The translations under genes and the position numbers were made by a program. This document shows, piece by piece, positions 21,393 to 30,954 of a stretch of DNA of 64,000 nt. Source of the DNA: Alphaproteobacteria bacterium (GTDB lineage Bacteria > Pseudomonadota > Alphaproteobacteria > Micavibrionales > Micavibrionaceae); NCBI GenBank assembly GCA_028277665.1, contig JANQFU010000014.1, positions 4,926 to 68,925 of the forward strand, given 5' to 3'. The notes beneath the pieces are model-generated. The model was not told where the DNA came from and ran no database searches. It saw nothing but the letters and a program-made list of their open reading frames with translations. Every line of letters starts with the position of its first letter. Within the stretch, counting starts at the first letter, position 1.

Positions 21393-21419
21393 AAAGCACC
21401 CGGTGAGGGGTGCTTTTTA
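21393..21419 (+). terminator. rho-independent terminator after nuoI
   Basis: Stem AGCACCC (21395-21401), loop GGTGA, stem GGGTGCT, then a TTTTT run. Confidence 0.7.
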
Positions 21420-21455
21420 AGGAAGGTTGTGTCGTCGGATCGGGAGGCGGATTAA

Positions 21456-21794
21456 TCAGGCTGAGATATCAATCACAGAGCCGCGCGGCTGATTGCCGAA
21501 TCCGGCTTCCTGTGCCAGGGCACTGTCGTTGTTGACTTCGGATGCCCGAAGGGATTTTGCCTGATTATTGTCCGTTTCCGCTTCTGTGACTGACAGTTTT
21601 GCGCCTTCCGGGGTCACAACATTTGATGTTTGTTCCTGCTGCCCCGCTTTTTCAAGCGCCAGGCTTTGCTCGTCCTGATTTTTCTCTTTGGACTGTGTCA
21701 GGGAATCGGCGCGGCGATTGTCCTGCTGCGTGCCGATTTGCTGTGCGTTCGTATAAGAAACTTGGGCTGTTGCGCCTGCTAAAGGTCCCACCAT
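21456..21794 (-). CDS. hypothetical small Gln/Glu/Asn-rich protein
   Basis: A GGGAGA Shine-Dalgarno sits 5 nt before ATG 21794. The low-complexity polar sequence has no motif I recognise. Confidence 0.4.
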   Translation of the reverse strand: MVGPLAGATAQVSYTNAQQIGTQQDNRRADSLTQSKEKNQDEQSLALEKAGQQEQTSNVVTPEGAKLSVTEAETDNNQAKSLRASEVNNDSALAQEAGFGNQPRGSVIDISA

Positions 21795-22054
21795 GACGAT
21801 CTCCCATCCGCTAGATAAAAACTGCAACTCTTATAGCATAGCATAAAATATCTTAAAAAACCCTTGAAATCTACTTTTCATTCATTGGCATGACTCGTTA
21901 ACCGAATAGTAAGGGTTTTGGCGTAATGTATGGCGGAATGTTGGAGACGACGCATATATCCGGAATATCCGAGGCGCATGAGCCGTGATGTCTACAAAAA
22001 ATTAACGATTCATATGGTAATATGAGATGAGCAAGAGAGGCAGGAGCTTGCGTA

Positions 22055-23203
22055 ATGAATAAAGAATATGTCAGTGGGGATTCAGATGGGTTGGCGCCGA
22101 TTCTGGTCAAGCTATACGACCAGCATCGCCTCTATACTCTTGCTCATGAAGCAAAAAATAATTCTCAGACGTCCTGTCAGGAACTGGCAGCGACGGTTGG
22201 TTCATTGGTTGGAGAAGATCTGACACTCCAGCAACAGGAACTCGTGAGCGATGTTCTTATGGGGATATTGCGTCAGGCCGAAAAAGACCTGCGCGAAACG
22301 ATGGCGATCCGGCTGGCGACGACCGAAAATGCGCCGCTGCGTCTTGTTCTGGCGCTGGCCAACGATGAAATCGACGTAGCGCGCCATGTTCTTCAGAACA
22401 GTCCGGTCCTGAGCGACCAGGATTTGATATATATCATTAAATCGCAAACCGGTCCTTATTGGCGGGAAATAGCGCGCCGGGCGTCTCTGGGCGGCGACGT
22501 TATCGCTCTTTTGGCTGAAACCCGGGATGTCCAGACGGCGCGATTACTGATTTACAACGAGATGATTACAATTCCTGATCCGGCAATGGGAACGCTTGCA
22601 GATATTGCGCGGACCGTTGAAGACCTGAGTGTGCCGTTGTTATGCCGCAAAGAGTCGTCCGATGCTCTGATCAGGAAAATCTACAAGTATGCGAGCGCAA
22701 ATATCCGGGCGCAAATCGTTCGGAAGTTCGATCTGAACGAGCAGGAGAGGGCATCTGTCGACGATGCGGCAGCAAGCGCGCGGGCTGAATTGATTGAGCG
22801 ACATGCGCAGGGAAACCGCTATCCATGGGCGCCGTCTGCAAAAACGGTGGAGACTGCGCAAAAGAGGTATTTGTCAGGCGCCGCGACACGGTTTTCAGAT
22901 ATTCTGGATATTCTGAAAAAAGGAAACATTCCTTCTTTTATTGCACATTTATCTCTTTATACCGATATCGACGTTCCGAGGCTCCACGACCTGATGTGTG
23001 CCTCCGAGGGGCGGGGACTTGCTGTTCTGGCGCGGGCGCTCAATCTCTCGAAACCGGATTTCGTGACGATCTTCCTGCTCACGCAGCGCATGCGTTCGAA
23101 CAGCAAGCTGGTCGATCATCAAACGCTTTCGAGTGCGATTACGTCATATAACCGCATTCGAACAACGACCGCCCGAAAACTGATCCGCGGGTCGGTTCAC
23201 TAA
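22055..23203 (+). CDS. DUF2336-like helical-repeat protein
   Basis: An AGGAG RBS precedes the ATG. The segment LRETMAIRLATTENAPLRLVLALANDEIDVARHVLQNSPVLSDQDLIYII resembles the alphaproteobacterial DUF2336 family as I remember it. Confidence 0.5.
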   Translation: MNKEYVSGDSDGLAPILVKLYDQHRLYTLAHEAKNNSQTSCQELAATVGSLVGEDLTLQQQELVSDVLMGILRQAEKDLRETMAIRLATTENAPLRLVLALANDEIDVARHVLQNSPVLSDQDLIYIIKSQTGPYWREIARRASLGGDVIALLAETRDVQTARLLIYNEMITIPDPAMGTLADIARTVEDLSVPLLCRKESSDALIRKIYKYASANIRAQIVRKFDLNEQERASVDDAAASARAELIERHAQGNRYPWAPSAKTVETAQKRYLSGAATRFSDILDILKKGNIPSFIAHLSLYTDIDVPRLHDLMCASEGRGLAVLARALNLSKPDFVTIFLLTQRMRSNSKLVDHQTLSSAITSYNRIRTTTARKLIRGSVH

Positions 23204-23232
23204 ATCCCCACGAAAACGCGAGTCCGTCAGGT

Positions 23233-24438
23233 TCAGGCCGCTTTTCTGGCTTTCGCAAGAGCGATAACGCCCGGGAGCTCTTTGCCTTCCATCCATTCCA
23301 GGAACGCGCCGCCTGCGCTGGAGACATAGGTGAACCCGTCTTTGACGCCGGCATTTTCAAGCGCGGAGACCGTATCGCCGCCGCCGGCCACACTGACGAG
23401 GTGCCCTTCGCGGGTCAACTCGGCAACGGTCTGGGCGAGGGCGTTTGTACCGTTATCGAACGGCTTGACTTCGAAAATCCCCATCGGGCCGTTCCACAGA
23501 ACGGTTTTCGTCCGGCCGAGATGCTCACGGACCTGTTCAATGGTTACCGGGCCGATATCGATCGCTTCCATGTCGTCCGGAATATCGCCGACGCCGACTA
23601 CGTCATGCGCGGCGTTCTCACTGACCTCCCGCACGACGATACGATCCTTTGGAAGCAGGATTTCGCATCCGGCCTCGCGCGCGGCATCCATGATCTTGCG
23701 GGCTTCATCCGCCATGTCTTTCTCGCACAGGGATTTGCCGACCTCGGCGCCTTGTGCGAAGACGAACGTATTCGCCATCCCGCCGCCCAGAACGAGGATA
23801 TCGACTTTCCTGATCAGGTTCAAAAGAACGCTGAGCTTCGTCGAGACCTTTGCCCCGCCGACAATCGCCATGACAGGACGTTGCGGCGCTTCAAGGGCCT
23901 TGGTCAGGGCGTCAAGTTCGGCTTCCATGAGCGTCCCGGCTGCGGCGGGGAGAAGATGGGCGAGCCCTTCTGTCGAGGCATGGGCCCGGTGCGCCGCCGA
24001 AAAGGCATCGTTCACATAGATATCGCCGAGCGCGGCAAGCTGCGCCGTAAATCCGGGATCGTTCTTTTCTTCTTCCTTGTGATAGCGCAGATTTTCAAGA
24101 AGACCGATTTCTCCCTCACCAAGGGACGCGGCAAGCTCTTTCGCCGGGGCGCCGATACAGTCTTCGGCAAAGCGGACCGGCCGCCCCCAGCTTTTTTCAA
24201 GCGCGGGGCAGAGAAATTTCTGGGAAAACTCGGGCAGAGGCTCGCCTTTCGGGCGGCCGAAATGCGAGAGGACAAGGATTTTCGCGCCGTTTTCGACGAG
24301 AAAAGCAACGGTCGGTTTGACGCGGTCGATCCGGGTCGTATCGCTCACAACGCCGTCTTTGGCCGGGACGTTAAGGTCCGCGCGCAGAAGGACGGTTTTC
24401 CCGCGAACATTCATATCCTGTAATCTGTTGAACTCCAT
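23233..24438 (-). CDS. pgk: phosphoglycerate kinase
   Basis: KTVLLRADLNVP N-terminal motif and VAGGGDTVSA C-terminal motif. The start is set at ATG 24438, preceded by GGAGGA. Confidence 0.92.
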   Translation of the reverse strand: MEFNRLQDMNVRGKTVLLRADLNVPAKDGVVSDTTRIDRVKPTVAFLVENGAKILVLSHFGRPKGEPLPEFSQKFLCPALEKSWGRPVRFAEDCIGAPAKELAASLGEGEIGLLENLRYHKEEEKNDPGFTAQLAALGDIYVNDAFSAAHRAHASTEGLAHLLPAAAGTLMEAELDALTKALEAPQRPVMAIVGGAKVSTKLSVLLNLIRKVDILVLGGGMANTFVFAQGAEVGKSLCEKDMADEARKIMDAAREAGCEILLPKDRIVVREVSENAAHDVVGVGDIPDDMEAIDIGPVTIEQVREHLGRTKTVLWNGPMGIFEVKPFDNGTNALAQTVAELTREGHLVSVAGGGDTVSALENAGVKDGFTYVSSAGGAFLEWMEGKELPGVIALAKARKAA

Positions 24439-24818
24439 GGATCCTCCGATGATGTGAATGGGTCTGAATGACAAGACGAATCAATTAATATGTTCCGACA
24501 CTGATAATAACCCCAAACCCGCTGCAGGCAAGGGGGGAGAATCGGAACGGAACCCATTCCTCAAGCAAGGATGTGTATGCCGGAAGAAAAACACGAAAAA
24601 ATCTCCTCTTCCGACACGGCTATGATATGCTCTCGACTATTCGACAAACCAGACGCTTGGGGTCACAGGGGAATCGCTTGAGTATGTAAAGTCATGAAGA
24701 AATAATGCGGAGCATGGCGTCATTGCCCCATCCTGCGCGTTGCCTGATGCTGGCTATTGAGCTTTTTCCCTTGTTTTTATTAATTTCCATGGGGCAGGTA
24801 ACAAAAATGCAAAATTAT

Positions 24819-24833
24819 GTTCCTTTAATGTTC
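24819..24833 (+). promoter_or_regulatory. alphaproteobacterial-type LexA (SOS) box GTTC-N7-GTTC upstream of recA
   Basis: GTTCCTTTAATGTTC lies about 110 nt upstream of the recA ATG. A second imperfect direct-repeat motif, GAACGAAACGTGTAC, is at 24852-24866. Confidence 0.6.
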
Positions 24834-24941
24834 TTTTCTTCTTGCGTATAAGAACGAAACGTGTACTCTGAAGGCCGGCAGTCGGGGCAGCCCGATATTG
24901 CATCCGTACCTAAATTATGCAAGATCAGGAAAGGACACATT

Positions 24942-26078
24942 ATGAGCGTCACTCCCATCAACGCAGGAAAAACCGATATGCAACAACAATCTCCGGACAA
25001 GCAAAAGGCGCTGGACGCCGCGCTTTCCCAGATCGAGCGCGCCTTTGGAAAAGGCTCGGTCATGCGCCTGAACGGCGAGCAGAACCCGATCCAGGTCGAA
25101 TCGGTCTCGACCGGTTCTCTCGGTCTGGATATCGCGCTTGGGATTGGCGGCTTGCCGCGCGGACGGATCACAGAGATTTACGGGCCGGAAAGCTCCGGAA
25201 AAACGACGCTGGCGCTTCATGCGATCGCCGAGGCGCAGAAGCTGGGCGGAACCTGCGCGATCGTCGATGCGGAGCATGCGCTGGATCCCGGCTATGCGCG
25301 CAAGCTTGGTGTTGATGTGGACAATCTCCTGATTTCCCAGCCGGACGCGGGGGAGCAGGCTCTGGAGATCGCCGATACGCTGGTGCGTTCAGGCGCGATT
25401 GACGTGCTTGTCGTCGACTCGGTGGCAGCGCTGGTGCCGCGCGCGGAACTGGAAGGGGAGATGGGTGACTCGCATGTCGGTCTTCAGGCCCGCCTGATGT
25501 CGCAGGCGCTGCGAAAACTGACGGGCTCGATTTCGCGTTCGCGCACGATCGTGATTTTCATCAACCAGATCCGGATGAAAATCGGCGTCATGTTCGGCTC
25601 GCCCGAAACGACGACGGGCGGAAACGCGCTGAAATTTTATGCGTCCGTGCGGCTTGATATTCGCCGGATCGGCGCGATCAAGGACCGCGATACGGTGACC
25701 GGAAACCAGACCCGGGTCAAAGTCGTCAAAAACAAGATGGCGCCGCCTTTCCGTCAGGTCGAGTTTGACATCATGTACGGCGAGGGGATCTCGAAAACCG
25801 GGGAAATTCTGGATCTCGGCATACAGGCGGGCCTCGTCGAAAAATCGGGCGCGTGGTTCTCCGCACTGGGCGAGCGGATCGGTCAGGGCCGGGAAAACGC
25901 CAAGCAATATCTTCTTGAACATCCGGACATGATGCAGCAGATCGAGGCCAAAATCCGGGAAAACGCGGGACTGGTCGCCGAACAAATGCTGGCCGGGCCG
26001 GAGACTTCGGATGGAGAAGACGCGGATATCGACTCGGAAAAAAATGAAAAACCGGCGGCGGATAGAAAGGCCGGATAA
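24942..26078 (+). CDS. recA: recombinase A
   Basis: [22 protein letters not shown], Walker [10 protein letters not shown] and an acidic C-terminal tail. ATG 24942 follows AGGAAAGGA. Confidence 0.95.
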   Translation: MSVTPINAGKTDMQQQSPDKQKALDAALSQIERAFGKGSVMRLNGEQNPIQVESVSTGSLGLDIALGIGGLPRGRITEIYGPESSGKTTLALHAIAEAQKLGGTCAIVDAEHALDPGYARKLGVDVDNLLISQPDAGEQALEIADTLVRSGAIDVLVVDSVAALVPRAELEGEMGDSHVGLQARLMSQALRKLTGSISRSRTIVIFINQIRMKIGVMFGSPETTTGGNALKFYASVRLDIRRIGAIKDRDTVTGNQTRVKVVKNKMAPPFRQVEFDIMYGEGISKTGEILDLGIQAGLVEKSGAWFSALGERIGQGRENAKQYLLEHPDMMQQIEAKIRENAGLVAEQMLAGPETSDGEDADIDSEKNEKPAADRKAG

Positions 26079-26126
26079 AACGGGCGTCCCCTTGCCAGAG
26101 CGCAATCTTTATCCTATGACAGGCAG

Positions 26127-27035
26127 ATGAACACAAAACCGACATGTTTTCAGGATCTGATCCTGATTCTTCAGAATTACTGGGCGCAACAGGGCTGCGC
26201 GGTTTTGCAGCCCTATGACATGGAAGTCGGCGCGGGGACGTTCCACCCCGGGACGACGTTGCGCGCGCTCGGCCCGGACCGTATCTGGAAAGCGGCTTAC
26301 GTCCAGCCGTCCCGCCGTCCGACGGACGGCCGGTATGGCGAAAACCCGAACCGCCTCCAGCATTATTACCAGTTTCAGGTTTTGATCAAACCCTCGCCGC
26401 CGGACAGTCAGACGCTGTATTTAAATTCGTTGAAGGCCATCGGTCTGAACCCGCTCGACCATGATATCCGTTTCGTCGAGGATGACTGGGAAAGCCCGAC
26501 CCTCGGCGCGTGGGGTTTGGGATGGGAAGTCTGGTGCGACGGGATGGAAGTCTCCCAATACACCTATTTCCAGCAGGTCGGCGGGCTGGATTGTCATCCG
26601 GTCTCTCTGGAACTGACCTACGGGCTGGAGCGGCTGGCGATGTATGTGCTGGACGTCGATAACGTCTACGACATGCCGTTCAACCCGCCCGGCACGGACG
26701 ATTCCCTGACCTATGGCGATGTTTTCCTGCGCGCGGAGCGGGAATTCTCGGCCTATAATTTCGAGCACGCGAATACGGATCAGCTTTTCGCCCGGTTTAA
26801 GGACTGCGAGGACGAATGCGCGGCGCTCGTCGCCAAAGGGCTGGCGCTTCCGGCCTATGACCAGTGTCTGAAGGCGAGCCACACGTTCAACCTTCTGGAC
26901 GCGCGCGGCGTGATCTCGGTGGTCGAGCGTCAGGCCTATATCGGCCGCGTCCGGGCTCTGGCGAAGGCCTGCTGTGAAACCTGGGTCGGCGACGGGAACG
27001 ACCATAAAAAAGAACAAGAGATCAGGGCGGTATAA
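26127..27035 (+). CDS. glyQ: glycyl-tRNA synthetase alpha subunit
   Basis: [17 protein letters not shown]... is the conserved GlyQ N-terminus. The length is 302 aa. Confidence 0.93.
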   Translation: MNTKPTCFQDLILILQNYWAQQGCAVLQPYDMEVGAGTFHPGTTLRALGPDRIWKAAYVQPSRRPTDGRYGENPNRLQHYYQFQVLIKPSPPDSQTLYLNSLKAIGLNPLDHDIRFVEDDWESPTLGAWGLGWEVWCDGMEVSQYTYFQQVGGLDCHPVSLELTYGLERLAMYVLDVDNVYDMPFNPPGTDDSLTYGDVFLRAEREFSAYNFEHANTDQLFARFKDCEDECAALVAKGLALPAYDQCLKASHTFNLLDARGVISVVERQAYIGRVRALAKACCETWVGDGNDHKKEQEIRAV

Positions 27036-29134
27036 TGGCAGAACTCCTCGTAGAACTGTTTTCGGAGGAAATTCCGGCGCGGATGCAGCGCCCGGCGGCG
27101 AAAAGCTTTCTGGCGTCCGTTCTGGGGCGTCTGGAGGCGCTCGGCCTGACATGGGACAATGTCCGCACATACACAACCCCGCGCCGGATCGCGATTTGCA
27201 TCGACAAATTGCCCCATGATATCCCGGAACGCACGGAGGAAAAGCGCGGCCCGCGGGTCGATGCGCCGGAAAAGGCGATTGAGGGGTTCCTGCGCAGTGC
27301 CGGGCTGGAAACGCTGGATGACTGCGAACGGCGGGAGACGCCCAAGGGCGCCTTTCTTTACGCTGTGACGACAACACCGGGCGGCCCGCTGCGCGACGTC
27401 CTGCCGGAGGTCGTTCTGGACTCGGTGCGCGAACTGGTCTGGCCGAAATCCATGCGGTGGGGAGAGGGGACGTTCCGCTGGGTCCGCCCGCTCCACAGCG
27501 TTCTGGCTCTGTTTGACGGCGCGCCGCTTGAGGGCGAACTGGATCTCGGCGACCGGACGATCCCGTTCGGCGACCGGACCGAAGGCCACCGCTTTCTCTC
27601 TCCGGGCCGTTTCGAGGTCGCGGATTTCAAATCCTATGAGACCGGCCTGCGCGAGGCGCATGTCGTCCTTGATGCGGCGGAGCGGGAGGCCCTGATCCAC
27701 GAGCAGGCCACGGCGCTTGCGCGCAAGGCGAAACTGGCGTTAAAAGACGATCCGGCCCTTCTGGCCGAAGTCGCGGGGCTGGTCGAGTGGCCGGTTGTCC
27801 TGATCGGCACGTTCGAGCCGGAATTTCTTGAGGTTCCGCAGGAAGTCCTGATCGAGACGATGCGCGGCAACCAGAAATATTTCGCGCTGATGGATCCGGA
27901 CGGCAAGCTCTCGAACCGGTTTGTCATCGTCGCGAACATGCCGGACGACCGCGATCACATTGTCTCCGGGAACGAGCGGGTTCTGCGCGCGCGCCTGTCC
28001 GATGCGCGGTTTTTCTGGCAGCAGGATTTGAAACTGACGCTGGATGCGCGCCTGCCGCGCCTGAAAGAGATCACTTTTCATGAGAAGCTTGGTCCTGTCG
28101 CGGACCGGGCCGCCCGCCTGAAAAATCTGGCGGAAAACATCGCCGGGACAATCGGCGCGAACCCGGTGCAGGCCTGCCGCGCGGCGGAACTGTGCAAGGC
28201 GGATCTGGTCAGCGATATGGTCTTCGAATTCCCGGAAGTGCAGGGGATTATGGGCCGGTATTATGCTCTGGCTCAAGGCGAGCCGGACGAGGTCGCGCAG
28301 GCCGTCGCGGCGCATTACGCCCCGGCAGGGCCGTCCGATGCGTGTCCGTCCGCGCCGGTTTCCGTTGCTCTGGCGCTGGCCGAAAAACTGGATACGCTCG
28401 CGGGGTTCTTCGCGGTCGATTTGAAACCGACCGGCTCGAAAGATCCGTACGCGCTGCGCCGCGCCGCGCTCGGCGTGATCCGGCTTATTCTTGAAAACGA
28501 TCTGCGCGTCGATCTCGGCGCCCTGTTCGACGACGCGATTGCCGAATATGTGGGGCAGAATTGCGCGGCAGTTCCGGCGGGCGGGACCGCGCGGGCGAAA
28601 ATCCGGGCCGATCTTCTGGCTTTTTTCGACGATCGCCTGCGCGTTATGCTCCGGGATCAGGGCGACCGGCACGACCATGTGTCCGCCGTCCTGTCGGTCG
28701 ATACGGGCGGGGATCTCGTGCGCAAGATCGCGCGCCTGAAGGCCCTGACGGCGTTTCTGGACGGCAGCGATCAGGCGGAGAGCCTTCTGACGGCCTATAG
28801 CCGCGCGGCGAACATTCTCAAAGCCGAGGAGAAAAAAGACGGCAAGCGCTATGATGGCGCCGTCACGCCGACCGCGCTGAGCGCTCCGGACGAAAAGGCC
28901 CTCTATCAGGCGCTGCAGGATGCCGATGCGGTCATCGGCCCGTTTCTGGACAAGGAAGACGACGCGGCGGCACTCGCCGCGATGGCGGGTCTGCGTGCGC
29001 CGCTGGATGCGTTTTTCGATAACGTTACGGTCAACGCGGACGACGCGGCCGTCCGCACCAATCGCCTCACCCTCCTCGCCATGATCCGCCGGACCATGGA
29101 CCGCATCGCCGACTTCTCAAAAATCGAGGGGTAG
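27035..29134 (+). CDS. glyS: glycyl-tRNA synthetase beta subunit
   Basis: [19 protein letters not shown]-terminus. The length is 699 aa. The start overlaps the glyQ stop. Confidence 0.92.
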   Translation: MAELLVELFSEEIPARMQRPAAKSFLASVLGRLEALGLTWDNVRTYTTPRRIAICIDKLPHDIPERTEEKRGPRVDAPEKAIEGFLRSAGLETLDDCERRETPKGAFLYAVTTTPGGPLRDVLPEVVLDSVRELVWPKSMRWGEGTFRWVRPLHSVLALFDGAPLEGELDLGDRTIPFGDRTEGHRFLSPGRFEVADFKSYETGLREAHVVLDAAEREALIHEQATALARKAKLALKDDPALLAEVAGLVEWPVVLIGTFEPEFLEVPQEVLIETMRGNQKYFALMDPDGKLSNRFVIVANMPDDRDHIVSGNERVLRARLSDARFFWQQDLKLTLDARLPRLKEITFHEKLGPVADRAARLKNLAENIAGTIGANPVQACRAAELCKADLVSDMVFEFPEVQGIMGRYYALAQGEPDEVAQAVAAHYAPAGPSDACPSAPVSVALALAEKLDTLAGFFAVDLKPTGSKDPYALRRAALGVIRLILENDLRVDLGALFDDAIAEYVGQNCAAVPAGGTARAKIRADLLAFFDDRLRVMLRDQGDRHDHVSAVLSVDTGGDLVRKIARLKALTAFLDGSDQAESLLTAYSRAANILKAEEKKDGKRYDGAVTPTALSAPDEKALYQALQDADAVIGPFLDKEDDAAALAAMAGLRAPLDAFFDNVTVNADDAAVRTNRLTLLAMIRRTMDRIADFSKIEG

Positions 29135-29150
29135 GAATGTTTTATCCATG

Positions 29151-29456
29151 TTATTTTAGGGTAGGTGGATTCGTAATTTCTCCATTGGCAAGAGCTTCGA
29201 GATAAGCTGCCATCTTTTCCTGTTTGGTTCTTGGTCCCCCTGGAGGTAAAGTATTGGCTGTTTGTCGATGATTCCCGGCGGCGAGTTCAAGTAGAGATGT
29301 GTATGCTTGTTGTGCCAGATCTCTTCGTGGACAGCCTGCGCTAAAAATATTTGCAGCGTTCCAAGCCGCCTTAATATCCTCGGCGACTATTTCTTGTGAC
29401 TGTCTGTCCAGACTTAAAGATCTTTTTTGTTGGGTTTTTGGTGCTGCTTTCCCCAT
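29151..29456 (-). CDS. hypothetical protein (low-GC islet)
   Basis: ORF only, with a likely start at MGKAAPK. No motifs recognised. G+C is 51/110 in a hand-counted sample at 29161-29270, against 72/110 in glyS at 28981-29090. Confidence 0.35.
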   Translation of the reverse strand: MGKAAPKTQQKRSLSLDRQSQEIVAEDIKAAWNAANIFSAGCPRRDLAQQAYTSLLELAAGNHRQTANTLPPGGPRTKQEKMAAYLEALANGEITNPPTLK

Positions 29457-29539
29457 GTTGTACTCCCTGTTACGCAATTTTGTTTGGTGTTCAAAAAACC
29501 TGATACATATCAAAATCTGAAGGTTCGGTCTATATGAAT

Positions 29540-29914
29540 TTATCCGATTCCGGGCGAATGAATGCGCCGTCCACAGAGATTATGCCGAAGTTCCTGTACT
29601 TTGTGACGTAGAGCCTGAGCAACAGAGCGATCCAGGTCCTGATCGCCGGTTTGTGCTGCAGCCCTGATATGATGTGAGAAGGCTTTTTCTGTAAGCAAAC
29701 GGATCTGAATTTGTCGTACAGTCTCCAACTCGGATGAATCGGCTAAAGGGAGTGTTTTTCCTGCCTCGTCAACCGCATCCCGAAACGTTGTATTTACATA
29801 GCAATTAATAAAGTCTTCCACTGTACGTGACATGGGCATAGGGGGCGCAGTTGAAACACTGGGCCAGGCATTGGTTGCTCCACCATCCATTTTACGCACT
29901 CCTCTGTTACGCAT
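29540..29914 (-). CDS. hypothetical protein (low-GC islet)
   Basis: ORF only, with several candidate starts. No motifs recognised. Confidence 0.35.
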   Translation of the reverse strand: MRNRGVRKMDGGATNAWPSVSTAPPMPMSRTVEDFINCYVNTTFRDAVDEAGKTLPLADSSELETVRQIQIRLLTEKAFSHHIRAAAQTGDQDLDRSVAQALRHKVQELRHNLCGRRIHSPGIG

Positions 29915-30053
29915 TGTCTTTTGTGCCCGTCTTGTTTTTGTTGTTTGAATGCAGGCTTGATGAGTCTTTTTAATTTACATAACAAAAAATGTCAAGGACA
30001 TTTTTGAAAAAAAGAGATAATCTCCATTGGCATGACGAAATCAAGCAAAAAAT

Positions 30054-30580
30054 GCAGACGGGCGACCGCACGTGGTGTGACGAGTGAGGGGGATGAAAAA
30101 AATAGATGAATCGCGAAGACGCGAAGGCGCGAAGGGATTTGCGAAAACTTTGCGTCTTCGCGCCTTCGCGATTCAAAGAAACGGTTTATCCATATCCTCT
30201 GCGAAGGCAGAGGATCCATTTTGAAGCCTTCACGAGCGGACGAATGGATCCTCCGGACTCAAGCAAACTTGGCCGGAGGATGACGAAATTGAATTATATC
30301 AAAAGGTTAGTGTAATCGAATTTTTTCAAGCGATTACCCTGTGCAGACGGGCGACCGCACGTGGTGTGACGGGTGAGGGGGATGAAAAAATAGAGGAATC
30401 GCGAAGACGCGAAGGGATTTGCGAAAACTTCGCGTCTTCGCGCCTTCGCGATTCAAAGAAACGGTTTATCCATATCCTCTGCGAAGGCAGAGGATCTATT
30501 TTGAAGCCTTCACGAGCGGACGAATGGATCCTCTGGACTCAAGCAAACTTGGCCGGAGGATGACGGGATTTGATTATATC
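30054..30580. repeat. two tandem copies (~240 bp each, period 289 bp) of a composite palindromic element
   Basis: Copy 1 spans 30054-30300 and copy 2 spans 30343-30580. They are near-identical apart from an 8-nt insertion in copy 1 and a few substitutions. Each contains three hairpin modules: CGCGAAGACGCGAAG...CTTCGCGTCTTCGCG, CCTCTGC-GAAG-GCAGAGG and CCTCCGG...CCGGAGG. Confidence 0.9.
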
Positions 30581-30954
30581 GGTAGATTATGAAAACATAT
30601 GCAAAAGCCCCCATTAACACAAAAATCGTCATTCCCGCGATGACGGTTCTATTTTTACTCTTTCTCTGCGTCCTTTGCGCCTCACGGGCTTTGTCTGCCG
30701 CGCCTCCAACCCATCTCTCTTGCCCACGGGGTGCGACAGAAATGCTCATCTTCGTCTGTGATCGGCGGTTGAAAGGAATCGCGGGAAGGGGTTTACTATA
30801 CTAGAGTCGGAGCTACTTTCTGCGCCGCGCGCATGGGACGTTATACGGGACGTTAAAGGATTATTAACGCATTCATGGCATTGTGCGGCATCTGGAATTT
30901 CACACAGGACATCTCACATCTCATAAAGATCTTACACCGGAGGGAGCGCATATC

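Noticed and set aside
21456-21794. Possible FlgM anti-sigma-28 factor, because it is a small, polar, disordered protein.
   Set aside because: It lacks the conserved C-terminal amphipathic sigma-28-binding helices and has no flagellar neighbours. I kept it as hypothetical.
30054-30580. Possible CRISPR array, because of direct repeats with a spacer.
   Set aside because: There are only two copies, the units are ~240 bp long and internally palindromic, the spacer is 42 bp, and no cas genes are present. This is not CRISPR architecture.
30510-30749. 79-aa minus-strand ORF with one predicted TM helix (VIAGMTIFVLMGAFAYVFII).
   Set aside because: The RBS is weak and the last ~23 codons are repeat-derived. 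It lies in the ppdK upstream spacer. It could be a real small membrane protein, but the sequence gives insufficient support.
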